From IMG/VR virus record IMGVR_UViG_3300022562_001605, positions 1 to 64,000 of that record: a stretch of 64,000 bases of DNA. One strand, given 5' to 3'. Within the stretch, counting starts at the first letter, position 1, and each line of letters starts with the position of its first letter. A model generated the notes under the pieces. It saw only the letters and a list, made by a program, of their open reading frames with translations. It was not told the origin of the DNA and made no database searches. This document shows positions 55,122-63,751 of this stretch, in pieces. Source of the DNA: a virus (lineage: Duplodnaviria > Caudoviricetes). A program made the position numbers and the translations under genes.

Positions 55122-56068
55122 CTTTTTTTATTTGGGTTTCTGATTTTTTCTGTGACAATTTTTCTTTGAAGCATTTCTTCCAACATACCTCTTTGTGCTA
55201 TTTGATCTGGGGACAATTCCTTATCTTGTAGTTCGTTTAAAGCTTTCTTTATTTCATCAACACCTATATTAGCAGTAGGGTTTATATCTTTCAACTCGAT
55301 TTTCGCGACATTTACCATAGGTTCGACTTTTGTATAACCCAATTGTTTTTTACGTTCCATAATAGCATTATTTAACATAATAGTTAAAGCGACTGCTAAT
55401 GGATCAAATGCAAACATAATGAATATTATCATCCATTTAGTTGCATCATCTGTGCTTCTAGCCATAGCCTTTGCTATAAAAATTATAGGTCCAGTATGAA
55501 CTTCATTAACTAGTTTTTGTTGTTTTAACTTGGATATTTCAAGTGTTTTTTCATTTATTTGTCGCGTATATAATTCTATATCGTCGCGTAATTGTAGCAG
55601 TTCTGGTCCATAGGCTTTCATCAATCTTTGTCTACCGGTAATAAAATTATTAGGTAAGGCGGCTATATCCGTATCAATTTGTTTCCGACGATTTAAACGT
55701 TCTTCTTTAAATTTAAACAGTTCATCTTTTTCTGATTCGAGCAAGTGAATATTTTGCTCTTGTTGTTTTAGTGATAATGTATCTTGTTGGTAACCCATGG
55801 AAAGAAACCCGAAAATACCTGCGGATGTTATCAACATTAAAACTAGAATAGCAGATACCAAATATACTTTCATGAATCCAGACATTGTTTTTCTATAACG
55901 ATAAACAGCAGAAGCGGCAACCAACTTTCCAGCTTCAAGAGAAGCCCCCATTATAACAACCGGCCAGAATATACCTGAGAAAATAGCGGCAAGGCCGTAA
56001 ATACTGAAAAATGCGGCACTTCCAGCAATCGCTAGTGTTACTAATGATAAAATGATGATAAAACCCAT
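55118..56068 (-). CDS. membrane protein with coiled coil (late)
   Basis: AAFFSIYGL..MGASLEAGKLV, GIFGFLS, FAFDPLAV; TATAAATA at 56091-56098. Confidence 0.7.
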   Translation of the reverse strand: MGFIIILSLVTLAIAGSAAFFSIYGLAAIFSGIFWPVVIMGASLEAGKLVAASAVYRYRKTMSGFMKVYLVSAILVLMLITSAGIFGFLSMGYQQDTLSLKQQEQNIHLLESEKDELFKFKEERLNRRKQIDTDIAALPNNFITGRQRLMKAYGPELLQLRDDIELYTRQINEKTLEISKLKQQKLVNEVHTGPIIFIAKAMARSTDDATKWMIIFIMFAFDPLAVALTIMLNNAIMERKKQLGYTKVEPMVNVAKIELKDINPTANIGVDEIKKALNELQDKELSPDQIAQRGMLEEMLQRKIVTEKIRNPNKKS

Positions 56069-56114
56069 AATGTTCCTTCTATTTAAAAGGTATTTATAGG
56101 TTTACGGAAGGTTA

Positions 56115-56438
56115 TTATTGAAAATTTTCGTCTAGGGCAAGAACTTTAGACTCATCTGTACGCCAATATGATTCACCTTCGAATTTCACGGCTTCTGTCC
56201 ACTGAAGTGCATCGATTAAAATCCTTGATCCTACATGAATATCTTCTTCTACTTCCGATCCTACAGATGTAACAATACCCCATCTTGGTTTTTTTGTACC
56301 TTCGTCAAAATTAGATATTTCAAATCCCCAGTCAGTTTTTTCGCTAAATTGCGAACGATTCTTTCCTTGATCTGATTTATGTACAATACTATCTTCAAAT
56401 TGGAAGATAATATGATTTTTAATAGCTCTTAATGGCAT
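56115..56438 (-). CDS. groES: GroES-like co-chaperonin
   Basis: LRAIKNHIIF, PRWGIVTSVGSEV..IHVGSRIL, ESKVLAL. Confidence 0.75.
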   Translation of the reverse strand: MPLRAIKNHIIFQFEDSIVHKSDQGKNRSQFSEKTDWGFEISNFDEGTKKPRWGIVTSVGSEVEEDIHVGSRILIDALQWTEAVKFEGESYWRTDESKVLALDENFQ

Positions 56439-56448
56439 TTTTTATTCC

Positions 56449-56763
56449 TTATTCTTCTGTTTTTTTCTTTCTTGCTTTTTGTTTAGTAGTAGTTGTTTTT
56501 TCTGTTGTAGTAACCTCTTCAACAGACATTTCTTCAGTGGCAGCAATATCCGCAGCCGGCTCTGGAAGTTTTGGTTCAACATTCACTTCTGCTTTATCAA
56601 CAGGTACTGTCTTTTTCTTCATTCTACGCTTCAAACGGTTTTCAATAAAGTTCTGACGAGTTTTAACTTCTGTTGGTGTTGGTGCGGAAGCGATCTGTTC
56701 TTTGATTTTAAGCAAATCAAAATCAACAACTTCGCCTTTAGCGCTTCTAACCTTTCGTGGCAT
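56449..56763 (-). CDS. hypothetical protein
   Basis: VRSAKGEVVDFDLLKIK; GGAG SD. Confidence 0.65.
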   Translation of the reverse strand: MPRKVRSAKGEVVDFDLLKIKEQIASAPTPTEVKTRQNFIENRLKRRMKKKTVPVDKAEVNVEPKLPEPAADIAATEEMSVEEVTTTEKTTTTKQKARKKKTEE

Positions 56764-56780
56764 ATTAATCTCCTGTTATA

Positions 56781-57341
56781 TTATTCGGTTCGTAAGAAAT
56801 CTTCTATATTTAGTCCATATTGGAAACTATCAATATCATGAACACCTATTAGGTATAAAACGTATGAAGATACGCTACTTCCGCGCCCTACCCCCCAAAC
56901 AAGGTTCTTTTCTATCAATGTATTTATAATATATATGAGCGTTCTAAGTGTATCAAAAAGCTTCAATTTTCTATAAATTTCTAGTTCTTTAACGCATCTA
57001 AGCTCTCTTTCTTCTATATCGTTCGAACTCCCATCTATTTCAAATAATTTTTCTGCCACATAGGAAATTACGTCCAACGACTTATATTCGTCAGGAATAT
57101 TCCATTCAAATGAACAATCTTGTACGTTTTGTTTTACTAGGATTTGTTCTTTTTTCGGAACATTAGCATTGAACTGCTTTATTTCATTAGTCAATTCTTC
57201 AACAAACAACGAATCTACAGATTTACCTGTCGAAATTCTTTCAATCAAATATTTTGCATTAACTGTAGAATCACCATCAAACCATAAAATTCTATCACTT
57301 AATTTGGTACTATTATGAGAATGAGCTTTCAAATGTTCCAT
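56781..57341 (-). CDS. dnaE: DNA polymerase III alpha (family C) fragment, N-terminal piece
   Basis: R..KELE..WGVGRGSSVSSYVLYLIGVHDIDSFQYGLNIEDFLR; start re-called to ATG 57341. Confidence 0.8.
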   Translation of the reverse strand: MEHLKAHSHNSTKLSDRILWFDGDSTVNAKYLIERISTGKSVDSLFVEELTNEIKQFNANVPKKEQILVKQNVQDCSFEWNIPDEYKSLDVISYVAEKLFEIDGSSNDIEERELRCVKELEIYRKLKLFDTLRTLIYIINTLIEKNLVWGVGRGSSVSSYVLYLIGVHDIDSFQYGLNIEDFLRTE

Positions 57342-57744
57342 TAGTAGTATCAATATCTGGTGTCTTAATTTTTCCACCATTTGCGGCAGGATTTAATAAT
57401 TTCTTAGCCTGTGACGACATTTCAACCGGAGCGCTCATTGGGACGCCACCAGGTACAGGTGGAGCAGGCATAATACCCGGCACCACTGGTTGCGTCATCT
57501 GCGGCATTTGCGTCATCTGCGGATATTGTGGCATCTGCGACAATCCACTATTTCCTACGGTTTGTTTTTCAACGATCTTTTCAACGGGTTTTTCTTCGAT
57601 TATACTATCAATCTTTTCACGAATTAATATCCATTGATCGCGATTGGGACACCAATTGTCCGGTTGTAATTCTTCTACACCTTGTAACCATGCTTTGAAT
57701 TCACGTAATGTTTGTTTTTGCTTTCTTTTCTTTATTTTACTCAT
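57313..57744 (-). CDS. hypothetical protein with PQM low-complexity linker
   Basis: LREFKAWLQGVEE..PNRDQWILIREKI; MPQYPQMTQMPQMTQP. Confidence 0.65.
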   Translation of the reverse strand: MSKIKKRKQKQTLREFKAWLQGVEELQPDNWCPNRDQWILIREKIDSIIEEKPVEKIVEKQTVGNSGLSQMPQYPQMTQMPQMTQPVVPGIMPAPPVPGGVPMSAPVEMSSQAKKLLNPAANGGKIKTPDIDTTNGTFESSFS

Positions 57745-57759
57745 CTCAGATATCCTATA

Positions 57760-58245
57760 TTATATTATATCCCCTGCTACCTTTTCCTTTAAATATTTGT
57801 TATATGAATCGGATGGGGCTACATTCACCCATGAATCGGGCGATATTGGATGACATAACATCTGGTATTTATTAAGACTTGGACCGATGTTGCGGTAGTT
57901 AGGCAAATAATCCATAACTACTATAGTTTCCAATTCGACCATAGACATATTCATGCCATATACTAATGCTTTAAATTCGCGGCCTGCAAGTTCTGATACT
58001 TCTACGACATCTAGTTGTAAGGTATCATCATCAACAACTAAGATGTTCCAATGCGCAGGAAGCGCAAACGGGAATCCCTTAATTGAAATTGCTATTGTTG
58101 CACAAACTACTTCTTCAAAAATCAATAATGGAGAAAGTGTAAAATCCATCATATTTAAATCAAGAACATACATATATTCCGATGGCATCGGACCTTGTAC
58201 GTTATCGAGGATTATGGGGTCGTTGTTTTCATTAAAAATTAACAT
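57760..58245 (-). CDS. hypothetical protein next to UvsW, possibly Hint-fold
   Basis: All-beta; IAISIKGFPFALPAHWNILV..VSELAG. Confidence 0.5.
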   Translation of the reverse strand: MLIFNENNDPIILDNVQGPMPSEYMYVLDLNMMDFTLSPLLIFEEVVCATIAISIKGFPFALPAHWNILVVDDDTLQLDVVEVSELAGREFKALVYGMNMSMVELETIVVMDYLPNYRNIGPSLNKYQMLCHPISPDSWVNVAPSDSYNKYLKEKVAGDII

Positions 58246-58296
58246 TATTCTTCTTTTTATTATAATTATAGATGTTCTATTTTACAATAGAATATA

Positions 58297-59802
58297 TTAA
58301 TAGTCAACAGTTTTTTTAATAAATGGGTATTTTGCTTCAGTATAATATTTAACCCTTTTTGTTACATGTCTTCTACTATATTTTAAATCAGAACAAATAT
58401 CGTGAACGTGAACAAAATTCTTATCTTTTGCTTTTCTCAATCCACGACCAATAGCCTGAATTACACGTATGAATGACTTTCCTACATCTATCAATACAAG
58501 GTTAAAGATTCGTTTAATGTCCAATCCCGTTCCTGCAATATTGACTGTTGCTATAACTACAAGATTATCATTATCTTTAAATTTTTGGTATATTTCTTCA
58601 CGTACAGTAACATGATCTTGTCCATGAAGGAATACTGAATCGGGAATGTGTTTTGCTAATTTCTTACCAAAAGCAACACCGTTAACAAGACAAAGAACGT
58701 TTCCTTTATCTAACATACTAAGATTTTGAATATAGTTTGATATCCACGACAGCCGCGACTTCTCCGTATGTAAAAATGATTTCTCTGCTGTAAAATCTGG
58801 AAAGTATGCATCTTTAAATTGTTTATAGGTTAATTTTTTAATACTTGGTTCATCTTTAATATCTTCCAAAAACTGTTTGTATTGTTCGGTAAGATTAACT
58901 TCCATTTGAAGAATATCAATCTGAAGATTGGATAGATGACCCTCCGCTATCAATTTGTGTGCAGGTACTTCGTATAAAACTTCGCCAACGGCGGTTTTTA
59001 CGGACATTCTGTCACTTTCGCCTTCGGGTAAAGTACCAGTACAACCAAATCTAAATGGAATATGCTTTCCATGGTTGATTAACAAATCATTTAATACTGG
59101 GCCACGTAACCCTTGACATTCATCGACTATTACCATTTGGAATTGGGTAACAACTACAGGATTATTCTTTAAGGTTTGCCACGTTGATACGATATGTGTA
59201 TGTTCTAAATCCTTTGCACTGCCACTATATTCGCCAACATCCAGCCCGAAAAATTCATAAGCCTTTTTTGTTTGATTGGTTAATGTAGTGTCTGGAACAA
59301 TTATGACCGATCTAAAACTTGCGTAGCGTTCATATGACAATGCCAAAGCTGCACACATGCTGGTTTTACCTGCACCCGTTCCAGCAATAACAATTCCGCC
59401 GCCGTTTTCTATAAGTTTATTAACTGCTATTATTTGATAATCGCGGACTTTCCATGGCTCATCGGTTTCAGGATCTATTATATCGGAAAAGAAATCTTCA
59501 CCGATTGGTTTAACATTAACGCTTGGCGTTCTTCGATTATCTTCAATTTGTACATTATATCCTAAACGGATTAAACTGGGGACGATTTCCTGAAGTAAAT
59601 GTATAAAAGTTTTTCCATTCTTGTGGAAAAATCTAATTTTTCCATCCCATGTTCCCAGCTGATATTTTGGGCTAAAGTAATAACTTTCAGTAAGGATTCC
59701 ATATTTTTCGTAATAGTATATAATATGGTCTGCATGAAGTCCTGTTATAACACAGTTGACTTCATCTATAAGAACGATTTTGCATGGTCTATTTTCAATC
59801 AT
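58297..59802 (-). CDS. uvsW: SF2 DNA helicase, UvsW-like
   Basis: RDYQ, TGAGKT, IVDECQ, GCTGT, GTGLDIKRI, QAIGRGLR. Confidence 0.92.
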   Translation of the reverse strand: MIENRPCKIVLIDEVNCVITGLHADHIIYYYEKYGILTESYYFSPKYQLGTWDGKIRFFHKNGKTFIHLLQEIVPSLIRLGYNVQIEDNRRTPSVNVKPIGEDFFSDIIDPETDEPWKVRDYQIIAVNKLIENGGGIVIAGTGAGKTSMCAALALSYERYASFRSVIIVPDTTLTNQTKKAYEFFGLDVGEYSGSAKDLEHTHIVSTWQTLKNNPVVVTQFQMVIVDECQGLRGPVLNDLLINHGKHIPFRFGCTGTLPEGESDRMSVKTAVGEVLYEVPAHKLIAEGHLSNLQIDILQMEVNLTEQYKQFLEDIKDEPSIKKLTYKQFKDAYFPDFTAEKSFLHTEKSRLSWISNYIQNLSMLDKGNVLCLVNGVAFGKKLAKHIPDSVFLHGQDHVTVREEIYQKFKDNDNLVVIATVNIAGTGLDIKRIFNLVLIDVGKSFIRVIQAIGRGLRKAKDKNFVHVHDICSDLKYSRRHVTKRVKYYTEAKYPFIKKTVDY

Positions 59803-60053
59803 TTCATACTATCTGGAACTAGTGCGGCATATTCTTCTTCTTTTTCCGGAGAATAAAACCCGTGTCCACTAACTTCTTCGTATAGTTGTCTCATGGTTGC
59901 TAGCGTTGCACGAAGAATTTTTTCGTGATTACCCTTTTCAACGTCTTCACCAAATATAGACTGATCATAGTAATCTGGTGACATTAAAGCATGGTCATAA
60001 CGAATCGCCATGCTCATTAGCAAGCCTATTGGAGGTTCTTCTGGTAGTTTCAT
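59799..60053 (-). CDS. hypothetical protein
   Basis: LLMSMAIRYDHAL..MRQLYEEVSGHGFYSPEKE. Confidence 0.65.
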   Translation of the reverse strand: MKLPEEPPIGLLMSMAIRYDHALMSPDYYDQSIFGEDVEKGNHEKILRATLATMRQLYEEVSGHGFYSPEKEEEYAALVPDSMK

Positions 60054-60055
60054 TT

Positions 60056-60514
60056 TTATATTTCTATGTATTCTAATTGTGCCACGCGTAACTTGGTTAT
60101 ATTAGATAACGCATAGTTACGTGTTGTAAAGGCATTGACTACTGCTTGATACAGTTCGTACATTTCTTCTACTTCTATTAAAATACTATGTATTTTTAAA
60201 TAATCATTTTCACTATCGATATATTTCAATATATCGCGTTCTCCTAATGCACGGGAATAGTTTTCTTTATACGATTTGTAAAGTGTTCCACGAATACGAT
60301 CTTCTTCCATTTGAAAAAATTTAACAAGTGATTTTAATTCTGCCCGACGTTGATCATAATAATGAAGCCATGCAGAGTTTTCACTATTGGAAACTTCTAA
60401 TTTTTTACCTTTTATTTTTAGGCGCACTTCCGCATCTTCAAGATCTTTGTCATAAACCGCCAAAATTTCTGGCAGGTTTTGATATTTTTCACCAAGGTCA
60501 TTTATTTTAGACAT
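60056..60514 (-). CDS. uvsY: recombination mediator UvsY-like
   Basis: YKENYSRAL..DILKYIDSE..AFTTRNYALSNITKLRVAQLE; adjacent to uvsW. Confidence 0.7.
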   Translation of the reverse strand: MSKINDLGEKYQNLPEILAVYDKDLEDAEVRLKIKGKKLEVSNSENSAWLHYYDQRRAELKSLVKFFQMEEDRIRGTLYKSYKENYSRALGERDILKYIDSENDYLKIHSILIEVEEMYELYQAVVNAFTTRNYALSNITKLRVAQLEYIEI

Positions 60515-61012
60515 TTAACTTTTACCTTTTGTATTAAAAAGCATATATGCTTGTCTTTGTTCTTCTGTTAATTGTGATAAATCAAAATCATCATCTGGTG
60601 GTGGTGTATCATTAATTGGAGTAGAAAAGCTTTCTACTTTCTGCTTTTCGTGTATCATCTTTAAAAATTCTATTATATTCGCTTCGTTTGATGATTCGAC
60701 TAATTCGAATGGAAGTGACATATGTACTACACGCTGAAAATAATCAAGATTGCTTTCCGTAATTGTTATGGTTTCACCTTCTATTTCTATTTGAGTTCCA
60801 GGTGTATAATCCACTATTCCTACAATAAGAACCATCCCATCCATAAGGTTGGCATCTTCCCATGCTACTTGTCCAGCCGCGAAAACAGGATCTATAGAAT
60901 TAAGATATTCTGTTACGCAAACTAATGTTGTGTGAATTAATTCAAATATTTTGAAGGTTTGTTGTTTAAATGCTTCATCCCTTTCTTCGAAGAGTTCTTT
61001 CAGCGTTCCCAT
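60515..61012 (-). CDS. hypothetical protein
   Basis: 165 aa; FDLSQLTEEQ. Confidence 0.65.
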   Translation of the reverse strand: MGTLKELFEERDEAFKQQTFKIFELIHTTLVCVTEYLNSIDPVFAAGQVAWEDANLMDGMVLIVGIVDYTPGTQIEIEGETITITESNLDYFQRVVHMSLPFELVESSNEANIIEFLKMIHEKQKVESFSTPINDTPPPDDDFDLSQLTEEQRQAYMLFNTKGKS

Positions 61013-61052
61013 TTTTATACCTTTATAATTATTATTATTTTATTTATTCATT

Positions 61053-62063
61053 TTATAAATCGCAATAATTACCTAATTGTACCATTGCTTCATCATAATC
61101 GGAAGTCTTTTTTTCTATAATGCTTTTTAAAACATATAACTTCCCGTATTTTTTTACGGCGTCACTCATATCCTTACAACTTGAACCTATATCTGGTGTA
61201 GATATTGACCAGCCAAATTCCAATGCTTGTTCTGCTGCACGCTTTCCATCACCAAATCTATCTGGTATATAGATTTTTTCTCTTCGTGAACGATCTAACC
61301 ACTGGCGTTGATAATCTGTTATAACATTTCCTAACGTAGCCACACCATCAATAGCAAATCCATCAAACCATCCTTCGGTTACAATTAATGGGGCGTCGGT
61401 ATGTTCAAACAGTTTTTCAAAACCAAAAATAACCTTTTCTTTTGGCGTTGCAGGCGTTTCGTATTTCTTTGGAGCATCATACAATGCTCTACCAATATAA
61501 AATATAAGCTTATTATTTTTAAATATAGGCATAATAACACGTCCAAGCCATTTATGCAACTTTGGATTTTCGGCTTTATTTGCCAACATAAAAGGGTAAC
61601 TATCTGGATCTACGCCACGTTCATCTATAAGATATTCACGTGCTGCTTCAGCAACAAAGTCGTCAGGTTTGGCATCTTTTAAAAAATAAAAGAACGACGG
61701 CATTGTTATTTCTTTTGGTTCAATGTTTGATATTGTTTTTTGTTCTTCTTCGCGATGGTGTGCACCGTCACGATATGCGGGGCTATCTAATATTACCTGT
61801 TGCCATTCGTCATCAGGTATACCAAACGCTTGTAAGGTATCTATCATCTTCTTCGGTATATATTCGTGTTCATATGGATCATATAAAGATTTATGTCCAC
61901 AATTCCAACATTTATAAACAACCCTGGCACCATCAAATAGAAATGCACCACGAAATCCCTTTCGTGTGTGATCATTACATACGTGACATCTAACTGCTTG
62001 CCAGCCTTTGTGGTTTGGTGGTTGGAGTTGAACGTATTGTTTTATTATTTGTTCAAGCGTCAT
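61053..62063 (-). CDS. DNA primase (Zn-finger + TOPRIM)
   Basis: CHVCND..YKCWNCG; VTEGWFDG, IPDRFGDG, KDMSDA. Confidence 0.88.
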   Translation of the reverse strand: MTLEQIIKQYVQLQPPNHKGWQAVRCHVCNDHTRKGFRGAFLFDGARVVYKCWNCGHKSLYDPYEHEYIPKKMIDTLQAFGIPDDEWQQVILDSPAYRDGAHHREEEQKTISNIEPKEITMPSFFYFLKDAKPDDFVAEAAREYLIDERGVDPDSYPFMLANKAENPKLHKWLGRVIMPIFKNNKLIFYIGRALYDAPKKYETPATPKEKVIFGFEKLFEHTDAPLIVTEGWFDGFAIDGVATLGNVITDYQRQWLDRSRREKIYIPDRFGDGKRAAEQALEFGWSISTPDIGSSCKDMSDAVKKYGKLYVLKSIIEKKTSDYDEAMVQLGNYCDL

Positions 62064-62069
62064 CCTAAT

Positions 62070-62098
62070 ATTATACCATAGGATAATTATATAAGCAA
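62070..62098 (-). promoter_or_regulatory. sigma70 promoter for primase-uvsY-uvsW
   Basis: TTGCTT-17-TATAAT. Confidence 0.7.
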
Positions 62099-62707
62099 CT
62101 ATTGTAAGTCTTTTGCTTCTTTTTGTTTAATTTTAATCATCTTATTAAGACGTTTGCGGATTTCATCTGCTTGTAACCATAAATCTTCACCGCGAAGAAT
62201 TGCGCTGAGTTCATCATCGGTTATAAATGGAACATAATAATCAAAAGCCATTTTTTTGAACCATTTAATGGTGGCTTCCAGTTGCTGATATTGTTCATTA
62301 CCCTTACCATATGTTCCACTACTAAAATTATGAATCATCATCATACTATTTTCGTGAACTAAAAATTCGTCGGCTGCTAAAAATATTAATGAACCTAAAG
62401 AGCAAGCTTCACCTTCAAGGCTACAAACAATATGTGCGGATGAATAGCGCATGGTATTTACCATCTGAACGCCGGTTGTTAAATCACCACCTGGAGTATT
62501 TAAATGTATATAAACTAAATCTTCTTCGGTAGCTGTCCCCATTTTGTGAAACATGTCAACATATGCTTGTGGTTCACGAATTGGACCACTTAAATAAAAA
62601 TGATGTACTTTCCGCATTACTGCTTGTTCATAGTAATGGAAGGGTTTTGTTAATTCATCTTCTTCATCGAGAATATCTACGTTGTCATTGTTTGTTTTTT
62701 TACTCAT
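62099..62707 (-). CDS. clpP: ClpP-like serine protease
   Basis: HLNTPGGDL, ACSLGSLIFLA (catalytic Ser), MMIHN (His), DLWLQADE. Confidence 0.85.
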   Translation of the reverse strand: MSKKTNNDNVDILDEEDELTKPFHYYEQAVMRKVHHFYLSGPIREPQAYVDMFHKMGTATEEDLVYIHLNTPGGDLTTGVQMVNTMRYSSAHIVCSLEGEACSLGSLIFLAADEFLVHENSMMMIHNFSSGTYGKGNEQYQQLEATIKWFKKMAFDYYVPFITDDELSAILRGEDLWLQADEIRKRLNKMIKIKQKEAKDLQ

Positions 62708-62780
62708 AAGAATTTTACCAATTTAATTTAATTTTTATTAGGTTATAAATGAAAATGGGAACCATAGGGTTCCCATGTAA

Positions 62781-62912
62781 TTATTTCTTTACGTTTCTGA
62801 ATTCTCGGTATTTTTTCATTGTCCATTCTTGGAACAATTTAGCATATGCTGGCTGCGGAAAATTCCAACCAATGAACATGCCAATAACGAGGATTAATAT
62901 TGTGTCAAGCAT
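62781..62912 (-). CDS. 43 aa membrane microprotein (not in ORF track)
   Basis: GGAGGAG SD, AATAAATA at 62943-62950; MLDTILILVIGMFIGWNFPQPAYAKLFQEW... Confidence 0.7.
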   Translation of the reverse strand: MLDTILILVIGMFIGWNFPQPAYAKLFQEWTMKKYREFRNVKK

Positions 62913-62960
62913 TTTACTACTCCTCCCTGCTTTCGATAAAGATATTTATTGGGGGAGAAT

Positions 62961-62992
62961 AAAAAAGGGGAAATCCTAAGATTTCCCCTTTA
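62961..62992 (-). terminator. intrinsic terminator after tmRNA
   Basis: GGGGAAATC-TTAG-GATTTCCCC followed by a T-run on the minus strand. Confidence 0.85.
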
Positions 62993-62994
62993 AG

Positions 62995-63249
62995 ACTATT
63001 GGGTTACAAGGCGTCACCCCCGGATGGGCTTACGCAGCTAAGCGAAGTTCCTCATCGTAAAATGCGTCGTTTGCATTTATGGTTTTTATGCCATTTTCGG
63101 TGGTCATCTGCCGTATCATCCACTTACCATTCCTTGCCCCGTCGAATCCAGTTCATCCCCAAAATATCGTCAAATTGCCAAAAATTGGTGGAGATGGGGG
63201 TGTCGAAACCCCGTCCGCAACTTGTACTAAGTTCGCTTCATATGATAAT
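62995..63249 (-). ncRNA. ssrA: circularly permuted (two-piece) tmRNA
   Basis: Acceptor piece ends CATCTCCACCA at 63186; 25 nt spacer; coding piece starts GGGGATGAACTGGATTCGAC at 63160; tag ANDAFYDEELRLAA at 63074-63030. Confidence 0.9.
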
Positions 63250-63253
63250 AAAT

Positions 63254-63261
63254 TATTTATT
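63254..63261 (-). promoter_or_regulatory. late-type promoter for tmRNA
   Basis: AATAAATA overlapping the acb1 stop, ~6 nt before the predicted tmRNA start. Confidence 0.6.
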
Positions 63262-63751
63262 CTTCACACCACCATTCTTCAAAAGGTTTATAATATTCTT
63301 CAATTATTTCAATTTCCCCTTCAAAATTAGGAAGATCCTTACACTGCAATCCCCCCACGTTATAAGATAGGGTTATGTGTGGTTTATATTTGTCAAAATC
63401 GTATGTTGCCCCGTGTTCATTCATTAAAAAGTTGTGTCGTTTGACCAGTTCTGGACATTTATATTTTAAAACGAGGCACATATTAACAGTCCCGTCTTTG
63501 GTTGGCTGCGATGGCCATTTTACGAATTTGGTAAAATTACCGATCAGCGGGTTTTCAAATGTACCCGCCGGTTCATAGTCTGGAAGATGCTTTCTACTGA
63601 ATAAAAGTGTGGTGTGAAGACTATCCGTTCTAACCCTATTGGGAATATTATTATCCTTAATATATTTTCTAATTGCTTTTTTGGTTTTTTCGCTAAACTT
63701 TACACCTGCATATGTACCCGTTTCTTTACTAATCGTTTCCATAATTATCAT
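63257..63751 (-). CDS. acb1: anti-CBASS 2H phosphodiesterase (Acb1/T4 gp57B family)
   Basis: GTYAGVKFSEKT, LHTTLLFSR, GATYDFDKYKPHITLSYNVG: two HxT motifs. Confidence 0.88.
   Translation of the reverse strand: MIIMETISKETGTYAGVKFSEKTKKAIRKYIKDNNIPNRVRTDSLHTTLLFSRKHLPDYEPAGTFENPLIGNFTKFVKWPSQPTKDGTVNMCLVLKYKCPELVKRHNFLMNEHGATYDFDKYKPHITLSYNVGGLQCKDLPNFEGEIEIIEEYYKPFEEWWCEE

Noticed and set aside
42175-57341. Split-intein DnaE like the cyanobacterial one
   Set aside because: No intein N-half after EDFLRTE and no intein C-half or HN-C junction before MDIDIDF.
57480-57545. Short CATCTGCGG repeats
   Set aside because: Explained by a PQM low-complexity protein linker.
62999-63370. Plus-strand ORFs 62999-63370 and 63079-63330
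   Set aside because: They are antisense shadows of the tmRNA and acb1, with no SD or protein-like composition.
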